A DNA stretch of 51,567 nt, from NCBI GenBank assembly GCA_015486535.1, contig WFRK01000026.1, forward strand, positions 1 through 51,567, in the 5' to 3' direction. The stretch comes from Candidatus Microgenomates bacterium. Its GTDB lineage: Bacteria > Patescibacteriota > Microgenomatia > UBA1400 > PJMF01. A model generated the notes under the pieces. The model was not told the DNA's origin and made no database searches. It saw nothing but the letters and a program-made list of their open reading frames with translations. A program made the translations under genes and the position numbers. Position 1 is the first letter of the stretch, and each line of letters begins with the position of its first letter. This document shows, piece after piece, positions 1 to 8,698 of this stretch.

Positions 1-69
1 ATTGATGGCGCTGCGATGCGTCAGTGCCGTGGTCAGTAATTGCTGATTTTTAAACAGAGGTATAGACAT
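1..69 (-). CDS. rnc: Ribonuclease III, N-terminal fragment (runs off the window start)
   Basis: Not in the ORF track. Hand translation from ATG at 69 gives MSIPLFKNQQLLTTALTHRSAIN, matching the RNase III N-terminal F-x-N-x-x-LL-x-x-ALTHRS motif. It lies downstream of acpP, as is usual. Confidence 0.85.
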   Translation of the reverse strand, partial: MSIPLFKNQQLLTTALTHRSAIN

Positions 70-80
70 AACGATGTTTT

Positions 81-332
81 TTATCCGAGCTCAATTTCTT
101 CATCAATAATGTTGGCTAAATCGGCCACTGTAGCAATGACATCGTTGAGATCATGAGCCGATAGGTCAACGTCAAATTTTTGATTAATATGAGCAATTAA
201 ACGCTCAAAATCATCATCCAGAATGATTCCTAAATCATCATCCAAGCTTGAATCCGCCTTAATATTTTTTGGTTCATTGCCGGTAACTTCGGCAATTAAC
301 TCGACAAGTTGATTAAAAGTTTTATTTTTCAT
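81..332 (-). CDS. Acyl carrier protein-like protein lacking the phosphopantetheine Ser
   Basis: 83-aa acidic protein from ATG 332 (MKNKTF...), overlapping the nusB stop. ACP pattern present (LIAEVTG...IKADSSL.DDLG...KFDV...TVADL), but DLGIILDD replaces DLGxDSLD. Confidence 0.75.
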   Translation of the reverse strand: MKNKTFNQLVELIAEVTGNEPKNIKADSSLDDDLGIILDDDFERLIAHINQKFDVDLSAHDLNDVIATVADLANIIDEEIELG

Positions 333-711
333 TTTTTGCTTCTTTCTGAACGAGTAACTTTCCCAATACACCGTTAACAAATTTAGGTGAACTTTCAGAA
401 CCAAACTCTTTCGCTATTTCCACCGCTTCATTAATCAAAACTTTAACGGGTGTTGACTGTACCATTGATTCAAACACAGTTGCCCGTAGAATAGCAAGGT
501 CCAATTTATTGATTTGATCAATTGGTCTTTCGCGCGCGATAGTGGCAATTCGCTGATCAATTTCCTCTAAATGACTAAAGAAATCAGCAAGATAATCTCG
601 TTTCCTTGGTTGATTAATCGTTACTTGAGAGGCATTTTTTGTGACAAAAGTGGCGGCAAAGATTTGCTGCATCAATTTAATTCTTTTTTGATGGCGGGAG
701 TCAAGTCTCAT
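322..711 (-). CDS. nusB: Transcription antitermination factor NusB
   Basis: Motifs DLAILR, PVKVLINEAVEIAKEFG and KFVNGVLG. Confidence 0.95.
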   Translation of the reverse strand: MRLDSRHQKRIKLMQQIFAATFVTKNASQVTINQPRKRDYLADFFSHLEEIDQRIATIARERPIDQINKLDLAILRATVFESMVQSTPVKVLINEAVEIAKEFGSESSPKFVNGVLGKLLVQKEAKNEK

Positions 712-873
712 TTAAAGTGAAATACCGATTTTTTTCATCAAAGTCATGACAAAACTTCGTTTATGCAACCCGACTTTGGCAACATTGAAATCCTTTTCTA
801 GCTTTGGTCTATTGCCATGTCTTCGTTTACCGCGTTCGGCAGAAGTGATTTTATTTTTTGGTAATGCTCCCAT
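712..873 (-). CDS. rpmF: 50S ribosomal protein bL32 (divergent, cysteine-free)
   Basis: Not in the ORF track. Hand translation: MGALPKNKITSAERGKRRHGNRPKLEKDFNVAKVGLHKRSFVMTLMKKIGISL* (53 aa). The N-terminus matches the bL32 MAxPKxKxSxxxRxxRR pattern. AAGGAG lies upstream and the stop abuts the nusB ATG. Confidence 0.75.
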   Translation of the reverse strand: MGALPKNKITSAERGKRRHGNRPKLEKDFNVAKVGLHKRSFVMTLMKKIGISL

Positions 874-962
874 TTTAGGCTCCTTTTATTAGTTACTTTT
901 CCAATTATATCTGGAAAAATCAATTCTGACAATTCTAAAGCGAACCAAGATAAAATGCAAGC

Positions 963-2999
963 TTAGTTTAGTTGAGCTGTTCCAACCTTGATTTTTGGTG
1001 CCAAAAAAGAACTCCATGACTTTGGCAATTGTTGATAGATTGTTTGTGCTTGTTTAATCACTTGAGGGTCAAGCCAGTGAGCAAATTGGAGATTAGCCAA
1101 ACCATGTTGATTGGTGTTAAAAATATCACCGCTACCTCGGTATTTTAGGTCAAGTTCGGCGATTTTTTGACCGTCGTGCAAGTGACTAAATTGTCTTAGT
1201 CGTTTAATAACTTGTTTCTGTTCTGCCTGACTAAAAAGAAAACAGTAAGCCGTTTGGCCCCGACGTCCCACTCGACCACGCAGTTGGTGCAAACTGGCGA
1301 GACCAAAACGTTCGGCCGATTCGATAATGATTATATTCGCCTGAGGTAGATCAACACCTACCTCGATCATTGGGGTGGCGATCAGGAGTTGGATTTTACC
1401 GAGACGCAAATCAGTCGTTGTTTGAGTTTGGGCTGCTTGAGACATGCGACCATGCAACATACTCATATTCAGGTGGGGAAATCTCTCTCGATACTCCGCA
1501 AAAACCTTCTTTACCGCTTTGATATTTTCTAAAGCACGATGATATGAGGGATCGATAAAAGGAGCAACCACTAGAGTAATGGTATTTGGTTGGTTGTCAA
1601 ATTGCTTCTTCAGCCAAGAGAACATTTGTTCCCGTTTAGCTTCTGTTACCAAAGCCGTCTTGATTGGTGGTTTACTCATTGGTTGAGTCTTGATTAGGGA
1701 AATATCGACGTGAGCGAAGATTGTCAAAATCAGACTGCGAGGAATTGGTGTGGCCGTCATGTTCAGCACATGAGGATGATAACCCTTCAAATCTTGACTT
1801 CTTTGCCAAACGCCGAATTTTTGTTGTTCATCATATACAATCAAAGCAGGTTTGATTTTGTCTAATTGTCGAATCAAAGCGTGAGTGCCGATAAACAGAT
1901 GGGGCATTTTTAGGTCATCCGCTTTTAATTTAGATTGGGCTGTCACCAACTTGATTGACAAATGGGGAAGAAGTTTCTTTAATTGTTGATAATGCTGCTG
2001 CGCCAGGATCACTGTCGGTGCAATTAAGACGGCCGCTCGACCTTGTTGCACAACTTGAGCGGCGACGAGACCGGCAACGACTGTCTTACCTGTACCAACA
2101 TCACCCATAAGCAAGCGATTCATTGGATAAGTTTGATTCATATCATGATCAATTTCATCTAAGACTTTGAGTTGGTCGCCCGTCAACTTAAACGGTAAAT
2201 GCTTTATCAATTGCTGTAATTGCACCGCTTTAGTGGGGATGACGATCGCTTTTTGCTGATATTTTAGATAATGTTTTGCCGCTTCCGAGTAATCAATAAT
2301 TGCTAGCATCTCTTCCAGAGCGAGTCGTTGACGAGCATGAGTCACTTGGTTTGCTTTCTGTGGAAAGTGAAGTTGCTGAAAAGTGAGGTCAAGTCGCTGT
2401 TGATCAATTTCCCCTTCAATTAGTGCTTGAGTTGGGTGATCCACTATAGTATTACGCCATACTTGACTGACAACGTCCGGAATCTCAACCAAATGATGCA
2501 GGATTTGTTGCAAGATGCGTCTTAAAGTTCCTTGAGCCACATGTAGGCGGCTCGAATAGTAAGGGACTAATCGAGCGGTATGAATTTGTTCCAGGGCAAC
2601 TCTCTCGCACTTGGGTTGAATGAGATTGCGATATTTAGGCGTGTAGTAACCGCTAAAGTAGAAAATAACTCCTTCTTTTAATTGATTTAAGATGTAGCGA
2701 CTATTAAAAAAAATCAGTTTTATTTGCCCGGTTTCATCAGCCACCGTCGCAGTTTGGATCATTTTTGATCCACGACGAAATTGACTGACATTAATTACTT
2801 TAGCTTTGATGGTGATCAGCTTTTTTTTGGGCAATTCAATTGCTTCAGCCACAGTCATGAAGTGAGTGGCATCCAAATAACGTAATGGGGCAAATAAAAG
2901 CAGATCGCGCACTGTTTTTAATCCCTGCTCGGTAAATTTTGCCGCTAACCGCTCGCCTACTCCAGTGACGTGATGTAGCGGTGTTTCTAAAGTGTACAT
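963..2999 (-). CDS. recG: ATP-dependent DNA helicase RecG
   Basis: Motifs PMNRLLMGDVGTGKT, MTATPIPRSL, AERFGLASLHQLRGRVGR and IAELDLKYRGSG, plus an N-terminal wedge/OB region. Confidence 0.95.
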   Translation of the reverse strand: MYTLETPLHHVTGVGERLAAKFTEQGLKTVRDLLLFAPLRYLDATHFMTVAEAIELPKKKLITIKAKVINVSQFRRGSKMIQTATVADETGQIKLIFFNSRYILNQLKEGVIFYFSGYYTPKYRNLIQPKCERVALEQIHTARLVPYYSSRLHVAQGTLRRILQQILHHLVEIPDVVSQVWRNTIVDHPTQALIEGEIDQQRLDLTFQQLHFPQKANQVTHARQRLALEEMLAIIDYSEAAKHYLKYQQKAIVIPTKAVQLQQLIKHLPFKLTGDQLKVLDEIDHDMNQTYPMNRLLMGDVGTGKTVVAGLVAAQVVQQGRAAVLIAPTVILAQQHYQQLKKLLPHLSIKLVTAQSKLKADDLKMPHLFIGTHALIRQLDKIKPALIVYDEQQKFGVWQRSQDLKGYHPHVLNMTATPIPRSLILTIFAHVDISLIKTQPMSKPPIKTALVTEAKREQMFSWLKKQFDNQPNTITLVVAPFIDPSYHRALENIKAVKKVFAEYRERFPHLNMSMLHGRMSQAAQTQTTTDLRLGKIQLLIATPMIEVGVDLPQANIIIIESAERFGLASLHQLRGRVGRRGQTAYCFLFSQAEQKQVIKRLRQFSHLHDGQKIAELDLKYRGSGDIFNTNQHGLANLQFAHWLDPQVIKQAQTIYQQLPKSWSSFLAPKIKVGTAQLN

Positions 3000-3067
3000 G
3001 ATTAACTGACTCGTTGCTCACTTTCATTTGTATTTATGACGAGCGCACTGTTTTTTTATCCCCAATC

Positions 3068-3175
3068 TCAACTGAAAAGATAAAAGAGACCACCTCCCAA
3101 GAGACTAATGACCATGCCAATAATAGCGACAATGGCGAAAATTTTAATGAATAATTCTCGATGTTTTCTGGTCAC
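3068..3175 (-). CDS. Small single-pass membrane protein (35 aa)
   Basis: Not in the ORF track. GTG start preceded by GAAAGGGG. Translation MTRKHRELFIKIFAIVAIIGMVISLLGGGLFYLFS* has a basic N-terminus and one transmembrane helix. Co-oriented between tyrS and recG. Confidence 0.65.
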   Translation of the reverse strand: MTRKHRELFIKIFAIVAIIGMVISLLGGGLFYLFS

Positions 3176-3198
3176 GAATTTACCCCTTTCTAATTTAA

Positions 3199-4410
3199 TC
3201 AACTTATTTGTTTAAGATTGAACCAATGTTTTTTGCCGATTTTGATTGTTTTCACTTGAGAAAGATCGACAAGATGATTAATATCAATTGGTTTTTGATC
3301 ACTCGGCAATAGCGTCACGCCTCCTTGTTGAATGAGTCTTTTTAACTGGCTACTGGAATATTGTGGCAAACAACTGCGACAAATTGAAATCAATCGGTGA
3401 TCATCAGTGCGAATGTCAATTGTAATAATATTGTCTGGTGCTTGTTTGTCTTGGACGGTGTTTTGCCAATATTTTGCTGCCTTGTCAGCCAGTGCTGGTC
3501 GATGATAAGTAGCCGTGATCGTCCAAGCTAACTTTTTCTTAAACTCCATTGGATTAGTACCAGCAGCCATTGCTTTTGTCATTTGATCAATCTCGCTCAA
3601 AGGGATGTCGGTGAGAAGCTGAAAATAGATGCTAATTTGTTCGTCGTTCAAGCGCATCAATTTAGCATACATATGAAGATAATCTTCGGTTAAAGCAATA
3701 AAGTTGCCATAACTTTTACTCATTTTTCGTCCATCAAGACCAGCAATAATCGGCGTAGTGAGAACCCATTTTTCTTTATTATGATAAATTTTTTGTAATT
3801 GACGTCCCATCATCATGTTAAATAATTGATCACTACCGCCAATTTCAAGATCAACATCCATGGCGACAGAATCATAGCCTTGGAGCATCGGATACATGAT
3901 TTCATGACCGTGAATCGGTAGATTTTTCTTCAAGCGTGCTTGAAACATATCTCGCTCCATGAGCTGTTGGACGGTAATTTTGGCCATCAGTTTGATCACA
4001 TCGGGCATTTTCATTTGATCAAGCCAATCGCCGTTATGACGAATCTCGATGGTGCTAAAGTCAAGAATTTTACTTGCTTGTTGACGCCAGTGACGAAAAT
4101 TAGCTTCAATTTGCGCCTCGGTTAATTCTGGTCGGGTGCTGTCCTTGCCGGTTGGGTCGCCGATTTTGACCGTCCCATTACCAATCAATAAAATCACTTG
4201 ATGACCGAGATTGGCTAGTTGCTGCAATTTTCGCAATACCACACCATGACCTAAAGTTAATAGAGAACCGGTTGGGTCAATGCCTAAATAAATTTTGATA
4301 CGGCGTTGGCTCATCAGCTTAATTAATTGGTCCAGATCAGGCAGTATCTGTTCTACTCCTCGAGTGAGCACTTGACGAATTTTCTCTTTATCAGTGATTA
4401 ATTTTGACAT
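3199..4410 (-). CDS. tyrS: Tyrosine--tRNA ligase
   Basis: YLGIDPTG, HIGH-like TLGH, YPMLQGYD, GGSDQ, KMSKS and a C-terminal S4-like domain. ATG 4410 follows AAGGAG; the alternative start is 4422. Confidence 0.95.
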   Translation of the reverse strand: MSKLITDKEKIRQVLTRGVEQILPDLDQLIKLMSQRRIKIYLGIDPTGSLLTLGHGVVLRKLQQLANLGHQVILLIGNGTVKIGDPTGKDSTRPELTEAQIEANFRHWRQQASKILDFSTIEIRHNGDWLDQMKMPDVIKLMAKITVQQLMERDMFQARLKKNLPIHGHEIMYPMLQGYDSVAMDVDLEIGGSDQLFNMMMGRQLQKIYHNKEKWVLTTPIIAGLDGRKMSKSYGNFIALTEDYLHMYAKLMRLNDEQISIYFQLLTDIPLSEIDQMTKAMAAGTNPMEFKKKLAWTITATYHRPALADKAAKYWQNTVQDKQAPDNIITIDIRTDDHRLISICRSCLPQYSSSQLKRLIQQGGVTLLPSDQKPIDINHLVDLSQVKTIKIGKKHWFNLKQIS

Positions 4411-4510
4411 AATCTCCTTCATTCTACGTGATTTTTAGTTAATTTGCATGAGCAGTTGAGGGGAAAGCAGCGCTTGGTTTCAATATTTTTTCCATTATAA
4501 TAGGATAGCT

Positions 4511-7312
4511 ATGCGCTGCCGATTAAAACAATTTTTATCACGCATTGCTTCATTCCGAGAAAAAAAGACAATGTTTTTAGCAAAAATGAAGCGACGAAAA
4601 CTTAGTCACAAAACTCGCTCACGCCAAGCAAGTAGTCGTTTGCAGACTGAAAAACGGAAATTAGTTTGGTTGAAACTATTACGTTGGTTTATTATTGCTG
4701 CCTTAGTGACGGTTTTGGCGCTTATTTTTGGTTTTATCTTTCTATTTGCTCGTTATGCTAAATCTTTGCCGGAACCAGGCAAGGTGGTCAGACATAACGG
4801 TTTCAGCACGAAAATCGTCGACCGTCATGGTAAGGTTCTCTTCAATTTATATAATGAGCAATATCGCGTGCCGGTGAAAATTGCTAATGTACCTCAAAGT
4901 CTAAAAGATGCGACAGTAGCGACCGAGGACAAGGAATTTTATTCTCATCGTGGTTTTGATCCACTCATTTTCATCCGGGCACCTTATTATTTGCTGACTA
5001 AGCGGCGGGTGGTTGGTGGTTCAACTTTAACTCAACAGTTAGTCAAAAAAGCACTTCTCAGTGATGAACGCAGTATTGCCCGCAAATTCAAACAAATTGT
5101 TTTGGCCCTAGAGATTGAACGCAAGTTTTCCAAAGATCAAATTTTAGAAATGTATCTCAATGAAGTCCCCTATGGTGGGCCCGCCTACGGTGTGGGTGCG
5201 GCGGCCAAGATGTATTTTGATAAACCGGTCTCAGATCTAAATTTGGTCGAATCGGCCATTCTGGCCGGTTTGCCTCAGAGACCATCAGCCTACTCGCCCT
5301 ATTCCGGTAAAACCACCAAAGATGGTGAGCCGCTCTGGCAACTGCGGACGAAAGGTGTTTTGCGGCGCATGAGGGAAGACAAAAAAATTACCGCCGCCGC
5401 TTATCAAAATGCTTTGGCGAGTTTGGATAAAGTAAAGTTCAAACGGGGCATTGGCGGCATGAAAGCGCCCCATTTTGTTTTTTACGTGCGAGATCAATTA
5501 GAACAGATGTTTGGCCCGGAAATTATTAGCCAAGGTGGTTTGACCGTTAAAACAACGCTTGATCTAGACATGCAACAAAAAGCGCAAAAGATTGTCAGTG
5601 AGGAAATTGATAAAGTCGAAAAATTAAATATTACCAACGGAGCGGCAATGATGGTTGATCCTAATACGGGAGAAATATTAGTGATGGTTGGCAGTCGCAA
5701 TTTCAAAAGTAATAAAATTGATGGCCAATTTAATGTTGCTGTCAATGGATTAAGGCAGCCAGGTAGTTCAATTAAACCGGTAGTTTATTTGACACTGATG
5801 AGACGACTCGGATTTACACCTGCCAGCATGATGATTGATGTGCCCACCGTCTTTCAGCAAAATGACAAAATGAAGCCATATAAACCGAGGAATTATGATG
5901 GTAAATTTAGAGGCCCGGTTCCTCTACGCTACGCCTTAGCTAGTTCCTTGAATATTCCGGCGGTAAAGGCGATTGCTAAAGTTGGCATTAAACCCGTACT
6001 GAATCAAGCATACTTAATGGGTTTCAAAACATTAGAACCAACAAAGAAAAATCTCAGCCGTTTAGGTTTGGCGGTTGCTTTGGGAGGTGGTGAGGTTCAT
6101 TTGATCGATTCTGTGAGCGCTTACAGTGCTTTTGCCAATGGTGGCCACAAAGTTAAGCCTATCTCAATTTTAGAAATCAAAGATAAAGATGGTCAGGTTA
6201 TCTATCAACAGGACAAAGTGTTGAAAAATGAGTTGGTGATGACCCCGTCAGAAGCATTTCTGATTGATAGTATCTTATCTGATAATCAAGCGCGCTCACT
6301 CGCTTTTGGTCTTCATTCACAACTGAATATTAGTCCCGACATTGCGGTCAAAACCGGTACGACCAATGATCAACGAGATAACTGGGCCATCGGTTGGAGT
6401 CGTCAAGTTTTGGTGGGTGCTTGGGTTGGAAATAATGATAATAGTGCCATGAAACGAGTTGCTTCTGGTGTTTCTGGAGCAACACCAATTTGGCGGCGGA
6501 TTATGCTGTTGGCGATAAAAAATGGTTATAAGCCATTACCGTGGGTTAGGCCGGACAATGTAGAAACAGTTACGGTTGACAAGATTTCTGGCTATCCCGA
6601 ACATGATGGTTTTCCTACCAGAAAAGACTTTGCCATCAAAGGGACCCTCCCCTCTTTGCCTGATCCTTATCATACGAAGCTAAAATTATGTCGTGGTCAG
6701 GAAAAATTAGCGACTGATGCTCAAATTGCCGCCGGTGACTATGATGAAAAAGAATTCATCATCTTGAAAGAAAAAGATCCCTACAGCACTGATGGCCGTA
6801 ATCGTTGGCAGGAAGGCATTGATGCTTGGATTAAAACTAACGCTGATCCGAAATATCATTATCCAACGGAGTATTGTGGTGATCAATCAGCGATTTATTT
6901 GGAACTTAAACAGCCGGAGGATAAAAAGAATTATGCTCATGAATCCATTCCGTTTGAAATTCAAGCTGATGCGGGCCAAGGGATTCAAAAAATTGAAATT
7001 TATGCTAATGGGAAGTTGATCAAAACAGTTGATGATCATCAATTTAAAGGTGACTTAAAATTGACAGCCAACAGGTACGAAGTTTGGGCCAAAGCTTATT
7101 CGCGCGATGGTAAAACGAAAGAAAGTCATAAAAATCAGATTGGCACCGGGGGTGTTACTTGGAATGAACCCAGTCCAACACCAACGCCATTACCGACAGC
7201 GACCTCAACGCCAACACCAACCTCAGCCCCAACTCCCACAGTTGGCCCATCACTCTCTGCGACACCAACGGCGACCCCAAGCCCAACAGCAGAACCAACA
7301 ACCACGCCTTAA
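4511..7312 (+). CDS. Class A penicillin-binding protein (GT51 transglycosylase + transpeptidase) with C-terminal Ig-like domain and Pro/Thr tail
   Basis: EDKEFYSHRG, GGSTLTQQLVK, YLNEVPYG, QPGSSIKP (SxxK), SLN and KTGT motifs. One N-terminal TM helix. Alternative starts at 4571 and 4586. Confidence 0.93.
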   Translation: MRCRLKQFLSRIASFREKKTMFLAKMKRRKLSHKTRSRQASSRLQTEKRKLVWLKLLRWFIIAALVTVLALIFGFIFLFARYAKSLPEPGKVVRHNGFSTKIVDRHGKVLFNLYNEQYRVPVKIANVPQSLKDATVATEDKEFYSHRGFDPLIFIRAPYYLLTKRRVVGGSTLTQQLVKKALLSDERSIARKFKQIVLALEIERKFSKDQILEMYLNEVPYGGPAYGVGAAAKMYFDKPVSDLNLVESAILAGLPQRPSAYSPYSGKTTKDGEPLWQLRTKGVLRRMREDKKITAAAYQNALASLDKVKFKRGIGGMKAPHFVFYVRDQLEQMFGPEIISQGGLTVKTTLDLDMQQKAQKIVSEEIDKVEKLNITNGAAMMVDPNTGEILVMVGSRNFKSNKIDGQFNVAVNGLRQPGSSIKPVVYLTLMRRLGFTPASMMIDVPTVFQQNDKMKPYKPRNYDGKFRGPVPLRYALASSLNIPAVKAIAKVGIKPVLNQAYLMGFKTLEPTKKNLSRLGLAVALGGGEVHLIDSVSAYSAFANGGHKVKPISILEIKDKDGQVIYQQDKVLKNELVMTPSEAFLIDSILSDNQARSLAFGLHSQLNISPDIAVKTGTTNDQRDNWAIGWSRQVLVGAWVGNNDNSAMKRVASGVSGATPIWRRIMLLAIKNGYKPLPWVRPDNVETVTVDKISGYPEHDGFPTRKDFAIKGTLPSLPDPYHTKLKLCRGQEKLATDAQIAAGDYDEKEFIILKEKDPYSTDGRNRWQEGIDAWIKTNADPKYHYPTEYCGDQSAIYLELKQPEDKKNYAHESIPFEIQADAGQGIQKIEIYANGKLIKTVDDHQFKGDLKLTANRYEVWAKAYSRDGKTKESHKNQIGTGGVTWNEPSPTPTPLPTATSTPTPTSAPTPTVGPSLSATPTATPSPTAEPTTTP
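7170..7309 (+). repeat. Low-complexity Pro/Thr/Ser repeat encoding the PBP C-terminal tail
   Basis: Imperfect (acN-ccN) repeats translating to PSPTPTPLPTATSTPTPTSAPTPT...PTTTP. Confidence 0.8.
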
Positions 7313-7349
7313 GAAATTGATCTTTTTTTTATTGATGACTCATTGATTA

Positions 7350-8633
7350 TTAGTGGTTGGCTGTTATTTGAGTAAGACTAATTGCAAGCACAAGTGTCAT
7401 TAAGCCAGCTGACTGGGTGACCAGATAATGATCGAGACTTGCCAGGGGGATGATGGCAAATAAAATAAGCATCAGTGCCCTGTTTAAACTCATTCGCGAG
7501 GAGAGAAAATACCCGATCATCGCAAATAAACTTAAACCTAGCAGACCACTTTCAGCAAGTAATAATAAACCAAGATGATGGGCCGGTTGAGGGAAGCGAA
7601 CAATCTCATTTGCATGACTGAAGCGCTCGACATGAACAGTAAAATTATCTAAACCCACTCCAAATATAGGTTGTTGTTGCCACATTTTTAAAGCGGCTTC
7701 ATTCAATAATTGGCGGCGAAAAAGTGATGGATTGTGGCGATAAATCTGACTGCTCCAGGCGATCAATCCCGGCGTAAGTAGAAAAAAAATTACTGCTATG
7801 ACTAAAGTAGGTTTGAGCCATTTTGGCTGATAACGACTGAGCCACCAGCCAATGAGAGCAAAAATCAGCGCTAAACCGGCCGAAATTGAAGTGGTAATTC
7901 CCAGAATGATGATGACTATTAGTAGAATGAACCAATTGAATCTGCTTCTGGATCGGGTAGCCAACAGTAACCAAAGCAGGCTATCAATGACGATAATACC
8001 TGCCAGGATATTGGGATGGGCGGTCGTACCATAAGCGAGAACTTTTTCGCTACCCATAAAATTACCTCTAGCGAGACCAATTGGTTGACTGAGGTTGGTT
8101 TCTCCTAAAAATTGATAAGGCAGAAATGATTTCTGATAATGGAATTGATAAAGGGCGATAAAAAGTTGAAAAACAATGGTCACAATCAGGCTTAATTTAA
8201 TCAGTGACAAGGCCTTGGGTTGCAATCGCGGGAGTCGCACTAATGCAAGGGCAAAGAGAGCTGCCTCAATCAGTTTGGCTAATCCATAAGCAGAGGCGAG
8301 TAGATTGCTGGTGAAGTATTGTCTCGCCAGGAAAAATATCACCAAACTAACAAAGAGCACCATTACACTTGTCACCCGCTGATATTCTTGGTGCCATTTT
8401 TTCCACCAATTATCCCTTTTTAGCCAAAAAATTGATGTCATGATTATGAAAGCAAGAATGAAGATATCATGAAGATAGATTTTTGGGATCAGATAATCAA
8501 TAAAAAAACCGTTAACGTAGGCATGATTGAGGCTTAATTTGAGAAACAAATTAATCGGCAGGGTGAAAATAATCAATCCGAGCAAGCTAGCCCAGATGAG
8601 ATCAAACGAGACTGATGGTGATTTTTTTTTCAT
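7350..8633 (-). CDS. O-antigen ligase/polymerase (Wzy_C/WaaL-like) membrane protein
   Basis: About 11-12 TM helices. Motifs AYGTTAHPNILAG, PIFGVGLDNF and PAHH...LAESGLLG. Confidence 0.8.
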   Translation of the reverse strand: MKKKSPSVSFDLIWASLLGLIIFTLPINLFLKLSLNHAYVNGFFIDYLIPKIYLHDIFILAFIIMTSIFWLKRDNWWKKWHQEYQRVTSVMVLFVSLVIFFLARQYFTSNLLASAYGLAKLIEAALFALALVRLPRLQPKALSLIKLSLIVTIVFQLFIALYQFHYQKSFLPYQFLGETNLSQPIGLARGNFMGSEKVLAYGTTAHPNILAGIIVIDSLLWLLLATRSRSRFNWFILLIVIIILGITTSISAGLALIFALIGWWLSRYQPKWLKPTLVIAVIFFLLTPGLIAWSSQIYRHNPSLFRRQLLNEAALKMWQQQPIFGVGLDNFTVHVERFSHANEIVRFPQPAHHLGLLLLAESGLLGLSLFAMIGYFLSSRMSLNRALMLILFAIIPLASLDHYLVTQSAGLMTLVLAISLTQITANH

Positions 8634-8698
8634 TTTTAGATACCAGTCTGATAGGTCTAAGTTTTATCATTTTTAGCACTTTAATCGTCTAAAAATGA

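Noticed and set aside
333..404. N-terminal extension of the ACP-like ORF (track start 404)
   Set aside because: It lies inside nusB in another frame. ATG 332 gives a normal ACP length and is coupled to the nusB stop.
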